Position numbers and translations under genes: made by a program. DNA of 62,699 nucleotides, from NCBI GenBank assembly GCA_002633005.1, contig NMRA01000618.1:54420-117118 (forward strand). The letters run 5' to 3'. Origin of the DNA: Phoronis australis. Lineage: Eukaryota; Animalia; Phoronida. Under the pieces are notes generated by a model. The model saw only the letters and a program-made list of their open reading frames with translations. It ran no database searches and was not told the DNA's origin. Positions 51,649 to 62,699 of the stretch are shown one piece after another. Positions within the stretch are counted from its first letter, which is position 1, and every line of letters begins with the position of its first letter.

Positions 51649-51891
51649 CAGTGGCAGATCTACGATTTCAGTAAGGGGGGGTTTAGGATTCGAAACAATC
51701 CGAGGCGTGTAGCGCCGAGGAGAAGGAAGGTCGCGAGAGGGTTTCCCTCCTCTCGTATAAGATTTTTTGGGATTTTTAGTAGCTAATTTCGTTTTTCTGG
51801 CGATTTTTTTTCCAGTTTTTATTTTTGATCCTGTCCCGAGGGGGGGGGGTTTAAACCCCCTGAACCCCCCCCCCCTGTAGATCCGCCTCTG
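51649..51891. mobile_element. hAT-like MITE
   Basis: CAGTGGCAGATCTAC ... GTAGATCCGCCTCTG, with degenerate 8-bp flanks TCAAAGTT/TTAAGGTC and G/C-run subtermini. Confidence 0.7.
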
Positions 51892-51960
51892 TTAAGGTCG
51901 TAGCTTTGGTACTCTAACACGACGTAGATATAGAAATTGTGTACACTTCATATTAAATTC

Positions 51961-53079
51961 CACAGGCGCTTGGGTTTATCGCAAATGACGTCACTCAATA
52001 ATATATAAAAGAAAACATAAAGGTTGGACACTCGAAATCTGTTTGCTCAGAATTTTCTACTCAAATGTGCATGGAACTCCACGAAACTAGCATCGAACAA
52101 CTCTTAGAATACTTTCTTTCATTCGATCTCTTCAAATTGCCTTCAAGTGGTAATTTGGCGACAAAAATGCCAAAAGAATGCCAAAATCACAAATTCAAGG
52201 ACCTAATTCCGTGATGTCATGGCAGACGGTCTTCGCATACGGGTTTTGACAGACGCTCCCGAGCTAAATCCGAAAGTCTAATTTCGCGCGGCTTTCGCCG
52301 TCAATCCATCGACTACTTGATCATGAGAAGCAGAGAGCACTTTATTGCCAAATAAATGTAATTACTCACATATTTGTGTCAAATATAAATTATCCTGATA
52401 CTGTATTGATATGCGAAGTTTTTTGTGTACTGTGATTTCTTATGAAGGTTTTACTTTTGGCCAAAACCATTGAGTTAACTCGTCGGCCACGCGCATTGTA
52501 ATACTTGCACGGACTGCGTTTCCTGGCCGAGTGTGTGTTGTGCTTCAATCAAAAAAGTGCGTGATGTCAAGATGAGAAACAAGATACGCCAGTTTATGTA
52601 ATAAAATTCTAAGTTAAGGGCTAAAATGAGCCGTCAGTGGAATAAAGTTACAAATAATCATTAAAATACTAACTTTAACATTCTCAATTAGTTGAGTTTT
52701 GGATTAGAATTATTGAATTTGAAATATAGGTTGCTTGCTCAAACTCGAAGTTTCACCTACGACAGGCGTACAAGTTGAAGCACAACTGAAATCCGCCATG
52801 TTTACTATTTCAGGTCCTTGAATTCAGAGTTTTGAGATTGTTTTGGAAATTCCATCGCCAATTCACCACTCACGAAGACAGTTAATGGGATCTAGGAAAG
52901 ATAAGGCTTCGAAGGTTTATGCAACACCAGACTGAGGGAGGTGCACGCAGATTTTATTTGGATTTTGGACGGTTGAAGTTGGGAGCCTCGGCTTGGCAAA
53001 ATTTAAGTGTCCAACCTTTATGTTTTCTTATATATATATTATTGAGTGACATCATTTGCGATAAACCCAAGCGCCTGTG
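51961..53079. mobile_element. Non-autonomous DNA transposon with ~70-bp TIRs (CACAGGCGC termini)
   Basis: CACAGGCGCTTGGGTTTATCGCAAATGACGTCACTCAATAAT...GGTTGGACAC is mirrored at ~53007-53079. Flanks TTAAATTC/GTAAATTC match 7/8 as a TSD. Confidence 0.85.
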
Positions 53080-53558
53080 GTAAATTCTTCACCAGCGATT
53101 GTTGGCACCTGATGATACTTACTTTTGTAATTGTAATGAAGACAAATCGATGAGTTAAACTTGTCTATTTTTTATTAAGAGCTAAAGAAAGAAGGCATTC
53201 TATTGTCGATGTGTCAATTGTTTGCTCATGTGTACCTTTACATAACTATTTACGCGTAAGTAATGAAGACCAGCAGTTTTTTTAAGCGAAGTCACTTATT
53301 TTTTGTCAAAATGCATCACACGCCATCATCTGCGTGCCAAAAATAAGAAAAGACGCGTACTTGCTGCGTCAGGTCAAAATCTATGCACACACAGTTGTTA
53401 GACGTCATACATAGTTTTGGTTTATCCTCGTTTTAGTAGACAGATTACTAGTTCTGAAATTGTGTTGTGACTGGTGCCAGCTGCAAATACAAGGAACAGG
53501 TGGACCCGATTGCCTGTGGGTAGAAGGTAAGTAAGGGAAGTGAAATATAACCTGGAAT

Positions 53559-53651
53559 CACAGGCGCTCGAATTTCCCGATGGCTCATAACCAAAAAAGT
53601 AATGAGTGACGTCAGTGATGATCGAGAAACATATAAACTCAAGCGCCTGTG
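53559..53651. mobile_element. 93-bp mini-element with the same CACAGGCGC termini
   Basis: CACAGGCGCTCG ... GAGTGACGTCA ... CTCAAGCGCCTGTG. Confidence 0.55.
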
Positions 53652-55065
53652 GCTGATAGGACCTATCGTTGTGGCGTGATTGAGTGCACATCAGCGAATT
53701 TAACTGTGTTATGTACTGCTTTTCTGTCACTTTCAATACATATTTTGCCTACATCGAAACTTTCCAAATATCCGCTTTGTGTATTAGTCAGAGCTGATGG
53801 TAGTAACCTTGGCGTAAAGTATTTTAAGTATGCATTCCATGCCATCTGGGTAAAAAGAGAGCAAAGAATTATGATAAAAAATGACACTAAAACTAGATTC
53901 CTCCTTGAGTAAAATAACTTGATTAGCATCGCAAATTGATACAGTTAGTCCGTTATTTTGCAGTTGATTATGTGGAGCGGTCATCAAACCTCGACCTTGA
54001 GCATCCGTTGGCCAATTTCTATTTTCGCGAATTTTTCAGTTGCTGAAGTTTCTCACAGTTCTCAAAAAATTGCCAGAAGTGGTTGCACTAGCTCGCCTCA
54101 TAATTATGTAAAAACTCGCCAATTGTTACGTAACTCGTAACTGCATGCTCGGCTGAAGCACGTACTGCTCGATCTTTTTACCAGAGTTTGTAGAGACGGC
54201 GACAAATCTCTAAGCAAACTGCCAGTGGCGGACATTGTTGTTTCATGGACCACAACCTTCCTAACGGGCTAGTGTGAACAGTTGTAAATATAACAGCCCC
54301 AGCCCTTGAAAAAACAACGAAGCTTTTTGCGCTGCGTGCGACTGCAGCGACATCCAGATGAATAATCGGGACCTACGTTTCTTTCGGCTTTCCCATTGAT
54401 GTTGTTGGAAAGTAGAAGAGGTATATAACTGAAACATTTTCGGCGTGAAGCTGCTGTCAAACAACCAGTGATGAGGGCAGGGTGATTCTCGCTTTGACTT
54501 GTTCATTCTTTTGGAATTCCACAAACAAAACAGAAATATTCCTGATCGGTTGTAGTCGACAACGCTCCCACATGTGATTGGTCATGGCTAAAATATAACC
54601 TAGTTAGACATTATTCAAGTTACTTTTTGGCAAAAACGTTTATTAACAATTTGAATGTGGCTCGAAAGGTAAAACCCTGTTTTCTTCGCGTAAGCAACTG
54701 CTTCGCGTGCGTGTCGGAGCAACACTGTGACAGGGGAAGCTCAGCAACCAGTCTTCGGTCACCTAAGCACAATGCTAACAGCGACACATTTTATGTAGAA
54801 CTTCTCAATTCTGTTTTAATTTCCAGTAGAATAACACTAAGCTAACTAGCCCTGTGTCATTGAACGTCAAAACACCGGTTTTTATTTAGCATTTCTTGTT
54901 AACACCCATGACATTTCCGCACTTCTCTGATGTCCCGCGAGAAAGTGAAGAGAGCCAAAGCATGCTCAAATACTGACTTGTCAGAACCACCACAAACACA
55001 ACGTCTCGACATTCTTTACTATATCAAAAACCACGGGAAAGCGAGCATCATTATCTGACAAATAT

Positions 55066-55310
55066 GACGCGCGCACCCAGGGGGGGGGGTTCCATTTGGC
55101 GAAATAGGTAAAAAGGTTCGTCTTCGAGCGACAAAAAGTCCAAGATAACTGGACAAAAGATCACTAAGTAAGCGCGAAAGCGCATTTCACAGTGGTGCTC
55201 CCGTTTTTTTTTTATTTTTTTTTCAGTCCGCCCGCTGTTTTGTTAGGATAAAGTCCACGACGTCAAGAATTCGACGAGCCTCTCAAAATTCAAGGCTGGG
55301 TGCGCGCGTG
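55066..55310. mobile_element. MITE
   Basis: ACGCGCGCACCCAG ... CTGGGTGCGCGCGT is a perfect 14-bp inverted repeat. Confidence 0.7.
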
Positions 55311-57882
55311 AATAGTCTATTCACACTAGAAGAAGCCTTTACGCACCATATGCAAAATTCCGTCTAGCATGGTTAGGCCACGCCCACCATTGTTACTGTA
55401 GCGAAGCCCCAAAACCCCATAGTAAACACGTCGGAAGTTCTCTGCACATGTACTACGGTACTTTTCGAGATACTCTCCACTGTATTTCACTGGACGTGTT
55501 AGTGGAACAGAGTCACATAATCACTGTGAGCTACCTTGAAAAAGTTAACTGTCCAAAATTTCATGTCTTTGAAACAACTACTATCTAATCTTGGCTAGCA
55601 CTTGATGGCTACAACATTAACCCTTTTAGTTCACATCTAGACTCAACTGTCCAAGTGTTTGTTCGACATTTCTAGCTTTTTCGAAATATTAACTGGAATG
55701 TAGGGGTCACCTAGTACGAACTTGGATTGAACATTCATCAGCATAAACCATAACATAGTCGAGCAGCAGGAAAAACAGACATTTGTCTTGAGTATGCACA
55801 AACGTAGAACAAAAACAAAATCGAAAATCATTTCTAGTAAACAGATTTCGAGTACAAAGATTAGACCCTTGACGTTGATACCCGTAAGGAATTTTGAGGC
55901 TACTGTGAAACTATAACAAGAGCAGTGCGTGTCCTGATACGCTTCTTGATTCGTTGGGGGGGGGGGGNAGTAAAATTACGCCCTTAATTCTTAGTCAATG
56001 GCGCACAACTCACGCATGAGAGCTCATATCTGAATCGTATGCATCTGAACCATGACGAATCCAATCATTGCGATGTCAGCGATGGTGGATGAAAGAAGTC
56101 AAGCTCCTACTCAGCAAAGTCGTCACCACGTCTTCCACTCGCAGCCATTTTGTCGTTTCGTGTATGTTAAATTAACCATGGCAAGTTTAAATTTAGAACT
56201 TTGTTAAAGTATTTTACGAGTGTATCTTTAAAACATTTTCCCCATTGGCATATAACTTAAAAGCGTCATTTCACTGCGACATTTTTGCCATTTTACTCAG
56301 GTTCGTGCTTACAGTGTACATGTGCTAACATAATTTTACTGCAACACTGGCCCTTTTAAATTAAGCTCGTAATTACGATCGTAAGTTTAAAGGGACACAT
56401 AACACCCAACGACCTCTCATAAAATTGGCACGTGATTCCTCAAGCAGTTTGGCAGTGGACGACGACCAAAAAGACACAAAAATAATAAACGGCCGTCAGG
56501 TGGTCATATCACTTGTCAAATCTGTTTTAACTGACATAAACTTATTCGCCAAATTTCAAAAAACATCCCCTAGGGGTTGGCGGTTGTCTCGTGATTTCAT
56601 TCGCTAATGACATTTGTTGCAATACGGATGTTAAGTTATGACGTATCAGTTAATATACGACGAGAGTGGATTAATCGACGGGCGCCTTTAATGTTTGCAT
56701 CCTTCGTATGCTCTCGGGGGGTTGAGGATAGCACGGTAAATCTTTTCCAATGGCCTAGTAATTTAAAGCGATACGCAAAACCTGTTCTAATTCTAAAATT
56801 ATTATCATTAATTTAGATTTCGACATTTTGAGAAAGAATAAACTTTATTGAACTTGAAAGCCTCCGGCCCATAGTACAATTATATCAAAATACATAAAAG
56901 TACAAAAACGCTTGCATAACACAGTTTATTATCTACACTAATAATGTATTTTTCTGGTTCGCCAAGCGTACCCAATGAATGTAGACTATGAGCAATTTTT
57001 AAATCCAGGAGTGAACTTATCCCGTAAATCACCATCTAAAGTGCAGTTTGTAATAAAATGGAGCTTTTTCTCAGTTACAGAAATTCTAAACTTTTCCCAA
57101 ATCACACAATTTCCCAATTTCCTATCAATGTTACCCCTTCCTGCGTCAATTTCTGAAATGATTAGAGCACCTAATTTTAGTTAAGAATCGCATTTTCTAT
57201 CACGTCAAACTATTGCGCAATACAAAAAAAAAATTGAAAATGTCAGCGCACAAAGTTAATTTACCATTACAATAGACTCTGCTTTCCCATTCTTGGAATG
57301 CACATTCCTATAACCTTTGTTTAAATTCAGACAGAAAAATCACTTTATCACCACCCCTTGCTGAACCCAGACATACCCAAATCCGTATTTACATAGCAAA
57401 TGTCTTATGTGATATTTTAAATTGATTTGCTTCGGTCCAAAACGTTAAAACGACGTCGTGCTAAAGAAGAGCATACATGTGATCAGATAATTATGGTGAT
57501 CGGAAGCAATTGACTATAATTTTCAATGTCAGACATAGGCGGCTCAACATAGGGGACTTTTTTCAGTGCTGCGCGGTGCACCACAGGGGATCTGGAGGGC
57601 TATAACCCCCCCTCACAGTTTCTTCAGTGCTGCGCAGCCCATGTCAGACGCGAGGCGTACTTATGTTAACAGAAATGGTGGAAAATGAAAGACACCCTCA
57701 GTTATCAGTTATTCGACTTAGTTGAATGTTGCGTTTGTTTGTTTGTTACCACAGAAAATACGTAATTGCCGAAAGTCAACTGCTTCTTTCGACTTGCTTT
57801 GCAGGTAGGAATTCAGGAAGACTGGCGTAGGATTTTCAGGATAGCGAGTTGTGACAAATACACACCAAAAAGGCTTTGTGCT

Positions 57883-58768
57883 ATGAAAAGAACCAATTGC
57901 AACTCCTTAGAACGTGGTCACAGGAACATGAACCCTACATTTACGAACATGTTTGCCAATTCTTTAGTTTTACTATTTTGTTTAATAGCCAGCAGTAGTG
58001 GTCAGCATAAAGATGACCACTACGATTGGAAAATGTGCGAAGAGAGTTTTCCAGAGTTGAGCAACTGCTCGTACTTTAATTTCCGTAATCCCGTACCGCA
58101 AGTGATCGACAAGTGCCAATGGTATTCTAGCAGCAGCTGTTGTACCCAAGATGACCTTGACATGACATTCGCCAGCACCGTTCAGCTGCCACATGCAAGT
58201 TCAGACTGCAAAAAGACAATGATGTTACTCGCCTGTTATATATGTTCTCCTCTCCAGTATAAATTCTTCAAAGACGAGACGCTGCACGTTTGTCTTGATT
58301 TCTGTAACAGACTTTATTTCCACTGCAGAGAGGCTATATTTGCCGGATACAAAATCAGAGAAAAATACCCTGACGGGAAATCGTTCTGCCAAAGTCGCAA
58401 GTACGTAGTTATTGACGAGTCCGGACGAACTGAAGACAGAAATTGTTTCACTGAAGACGAGAATCGTGTTGGCAGTTGGATGGGTAATTTATCCAGCAGC
58501 TCCAGAGCTCTTCAGTCTTCAGCGTTGCTTATTATGTTATGCGGTATCCTAAATCTATTTAGGATGTTCAACAAGATGTTTGAACCTGTGGAAGTGAAAC
58601 GTCGAGCATTGGCAAATCACAGTTCATCTGCGGCTTCATCTTCGGAAAAGATTCTAGAGAAAGCCGTCGCACACTCTCAACTCACTATAATCTGCAGAAA
58701 TGTACGATGCAAGTGTTCGTGGTGTATTCTCGCCTTCATCACTCTAACTTTGGTGCCGGTAGATGCAA
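57883..58768 (+). CDS. Coding exon of a folate-receptor-family (Folate_rec-like Cys-rich domain) membrane protein; probably continues downstream
   Basis: Acceptor tttgcag at 57804; in-frame ATGs at 57883, 57928 and 57949; signal-like MFANSLVLLFCLIASSSG; Cys pattern C..WYSSSSCC..DC..ACYICSP..CLDFCNRLYFHC..FC..CF; two hydrophobic stretches; possible donor GCAA|gtatgt at 58768, otherwise stop at 58791. Confidence 0.8.
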
Positions 58769-61307
58769 GTATGTTTGAACTAATTTCGTAAGAGAACTTC
58801 TCATTCCCTGTTGTGACTCACGTAAAGCCATTTCGATGAAGAAATAACATTAATGGGGCATTATATCCGCGATTTCTATCAAAATAATAACTTTTCAGTG
58901 ATGTTATGTGATTTAACGTGTTCATAGTTGGGGCTTAGAAATGATTCCGAATTTAGAGACACACTGGTCACCTACCAGGGTGAGCCCGTGTGTTTCTCAC
59001 GGCCGTTTAATTTTAGTCGCATTGCCATCTCGACTACCCCAGGTCTTTCGTAGCAGCCACTTTGAATTCAATGACGTCATTTTGTAGAAATACGGCTGCG
59101 AAAAAGTCGTTCTTCACTCAAGAACCTTGTTTATCATATAAAACAGGCAATAAACCTCTTTCTGTCGAAGGTAATAATTTGTGATGTAGAACACTGCTCG
59201 TTGTAACATCAGTCTCGACTTGTTCTTGCTCAGTTGAGAACTGGGTTTGGGTCTTGCGAAGAACCGATAGATAGTTCGTTGTTTCTACCACAGGCGTATC
59301 TAAACATAATGCTATCGATTTGCCCGAAACTCACCACCCTAAGTCAAAATTCACCGAAACATTCGGTGACATACTAAATTCGAGACCAAACCAACCTTTG
59401 GGCTTACACAAACATTTTCTCGTCCGCAATTTTCAGAATTTATACGTTACATTCGAAATTCGATCTAAGTCCCTTGGCCAATAGTTAATGGGATAAGTTC
59501 CTTTTTAATCTAATTTATCTCACATGAGCAAACTGCGTTGTTTGTGCAACTTCTGAAGTGTTGTTCTGTTGTCTATTTCCGTTGCTTACCGACCTTTGCT
59601 TTGTTTAGTCAAAAGTTTCCGAAATTGTTCGTCTCGCCTTGCCACCTGTCGCCTACGTACGCCCATTCTTCCCCCAAACCACGCTCGGCTAATAAAGTAC
59701 ATGTAACACTCAGTAACAAGTCAACTTGTGGAACCTTGTCTTAGACAATTACGAACTCCCAGGTTTTCCAAGCTCATAAACCACAATTACTTGGACTAGA
59801 GAACAATTTGAGACCAATTTCACGACGGTAAGTGATTGAACTTAAAACCTTGTTTTTATGACCGCAGGTTTATAACCACCTTACCTGAAATAGCTCCGCG
59901 ACAAAATAATTTCTGATTGAATCATAAAAATGCCCTAAAATCAGCGAGAAAACATCCATACTGGAGGAAGAATAGGGTATTGAATTTCCGGTTTAGAATC
60001 CCATAATTGGGAGAAGACTGGAGGAGGAAATGTTCCAAGAATTTCCGAAAGAGTCCTCCCCTAAGAATAAAAAGAGCCGCCCCGTTGGGACTTACAGAAA
60101 TAAGCTCTGAAAAAGAATCTGAGGATTGTTTTGCCTAGCTCAGGACAAATGTATGCAGATATGTGGCAAATAATCATCAACTTCTCAATTTGGGTTCTTT
60201 GAAAAGAATGCTGTTTCAAGTTGATCAGTTGTGAATTCATGCGACACCGGACTGTCTGTATCTAAATTGCCCACAAATTCAACCTTGGCTGGTATTTCAC
60301 GTCCATGAGCAATCGGGACCCTGCGGTCGGAAAATAATTTTCTAAAACGACCCTACCACATTTTTCCGAAACACCCCACTGGAGGCTATCAGGATACAAA
60401 TCATTTCAAGAAACTGGTATCTCTTTTGGAAGCTCCAAAGAGAGTAAAATGGGTGGATACCAGGGGAAGGAGTGATTTAAAGGGGAAACTGTGAGGGATT
60501 GCCAAGAGTAATGAGGCATATTTATTCAGGATAAAACACATCCAGTTTAACAATACGGTTCTCCGGTAGGATCTTTATAAGAAAGAAAATATTTTCAAAT
60601 CAACATAATGGTACAAGGAAAAAAATAAAATTAAAATGAAATATAAAATCAAAATGTTTACAAAAATGCTAGAACAACAAAATGAGAGAACATAAAATTA
60701 ACCATTAAACAGGTGCATTAATGTAAATTAAAGATACCTTTGGACTCACTTTGGCTGAAATCTAAATTGGGACGGTTGAAAAACACTACACCATAGTAGA
60801 AGAACGAATGTTTTGCCAAAATTGATCCTGGTGTTGTGGAGGTAGAGACCACCAATGGCACTAAACCTGCTTTGCATGTAGTGAACCTGATTTACAAGTT
60901 GAGTTGTGTCACAAAGGTACTGAGGTGCCACGACATGAAGGTATCTGAACATAGCTGAACTAATGTAGTAATCCGACGTGAAGCACATACAGTCTTGAAT
61001 TTTTCTCTCTCTTAACTTCGACAGAAATCGAGCTAACGACCAAACTGCAGTACATTCAATCAACACTGGTGTATCTATTTACTTGCAGAATAATTCGTGC
61101 CGCCGTATTCTGTAATCTCTGTAATGTTGTTCGGAGACCCGCAGAGCAACAAGAGGCCCAAACAAGATCACAATATTACAAACGTGACAAAACTAACGCG
61201 ATATACAATAGATTTAGAGAATCGAAATCCAGGAATTTTCTTTTAAGATTTTAGAGCAAATGTAATATACATGTACATGTACATGACAGTCCCACTTCAT
61301 ATATGTA

Positions 61308-62605
61308 CGAGGGTCGTTCAATAAGTTCTCGGCCTCACCCAGAAAACAACGCGATAGCAACTAATTTTGACTTTTATTTTTCAATATAATCTCCCGTTAC
61401 ATCAATGCATTTCTTCCATCTGTGTTCCAGTTTTGCAATGCTTTCGTAAAAGAAACTTTTGTCGAGCCCCTCAAAATACTCCTCCACTGCACTCATGACG
61501 TTATCATCGCTGACATACTGGCGTCCACGCTGGTACTAGGCTTTCAAATGTGGAAACAAATAAAAATCAGACGGGGCCAGGTCTGGAGAGTAAGCGGGGT
61601 GCGGAAGGATTTCAAAGCCACATCTAGTTGCTTCAGCCACCGCAACTTGGGCAGTATGGGCAGGTGCGTTGTCTTGAAACAACAGCACTCCATTCCGAAA
61701 CGTCCCGCCTCCTTTCCTTGATTGCTTTTTTGAGTTTTTCCAAAAGAGATGTATTGTAATTGACAGTAACAATGTGTCCTCGTTGCAACTAGTCGATCAG
61801 TAGAATACCTTCGCTGTCCCAGAACACAGAGGCTATAACTTTGCTCGCAGAGGCACCCAACTTGGACTTTCTCGGGCTTCGGAAACCCATACGTGCTTCC
61901 ATTGTTTACTTTGTTGTTTTGATTCCGGGTCAAAGTGGTGGGTCCATGTCTCATTCTGGGTAACAAGTCTTCTGGAAAATTTGGCTGGACCTGCTTGGAA
62001 TCTTCCTAGAAGTTCCTTTGAAATTTGCATTCTGCTCATTTTCTGATCCTGAGTTAATATTCTTGACACCCATCGTGCACTCAGCTTCCTCATGCCCAAA
62101 TCTTAACTCAAAATTTTAGAGACGCACCCATTGCTGATGCCAACAGTGTTTGCCAAATGTTGAACAGCCTGTCTTTCATAAACATTGCATGAATTTTCTG
62201 CATATTTTCACTGGAGGTCGAAATTTGGGACGTCCTGGACGAGGGTCATCTTCAACGCTTTATCTACCCCTCTTGAAACAAGCTGACCACTTTGTTACTG
62301 TGGAGTAGCTCGGGGAATCTGTTCCGAGTGTTTTTTACATCTCTTCATGAATGTCTTTTGGTTTCATTCCTTTTTACCCAAAAACTTTATGACGGCCCTC
62401 CTCTCCGTTATCTTCATGCTGCTAAATGGGGCTATTCGGTAAATCTGCAATAACTAGAGGGCGTGAGTGTACTAGTGGTGATAGATTAACTGCCTCGATT
62501 TCGCGAGCCCTTTAAATACATGGTGAAATGGCTTGCAGCCGTGCCAACTGAATCTGAGATTGCGTAAAAAGGGTGCTTCTATGAGAGGAAGTAAGCACGA
62601 CCTCA
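61308..62605 (-). mobile_element. Decayed mariner (DD34D-type) transposon, ~1.3 kb
   Basis: Clear TA|CGAGGGTCGTTCAATAAGT end at 61308. The other end is only degenerate (ACGACCTCA|TA near 62605), so that boundary is approximate. Confidence 0.8.
61374..62417 (-). pseudogene. Mariner transposase pseudogene
   Basis: Fragments in shifting frames: RAVIKFL, KLSARWVSRIL (WVPR-like), LVTQNETW (first catalytic D replaced by N), FQDNAPAH, HPAYSPDLAPSDFYLFPHLK, GDYIEK*. Confidence 0.92.
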
Positions 62606-62699
62606 TACAAAGGTAAGGTTTGTGATTATTTTAACGATTATTCCATGATTATTCTACCGATGCCTGTTAACTGAGGCACTCGCCGATGTCGACTTCGCG

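Overview
This is animal (invertebrate-like, AT-rich, intron-rich) genomic DNA, not prokaryotic, so most of the supplied short ORFs are noise. The dominant feature is a + strand spliced RAPGEF1/C3G orthologue. I reconstructed 16 GT-AG exons (24920-45219) with consistent phases, summing to 3381 nt (1126 aa plus stop). A phase-compatible candidate first coding exon lies at 6558-6590. Downstream are: (1) an internally deleted Kolobok-type DNA transposon (TTAA TSD, ~158-bp TIRs) with a decayed THAP transposase 5' half and, convergently, the 5' part of a second KolX-like gene carrying a Cys-rich motif of the P2X7-ballast type; (2) a large exon of a gene for a secreted folate-receptor-like domain followed by two hydrophobic segments, apparently spliced onward; (3) a decayed mariner element. 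Introns and intergenic DNA hold many MITEs and minisatellites, plus a ~1.37-kb duplication across an 'n' that looks like two haplotypes differing by a transposon insertion. I found no CRISPR array, rRNA or tRNA. Nothing here is proven to be a new system; the best candidates are ranked under findings. Identities and alignments are by eye.
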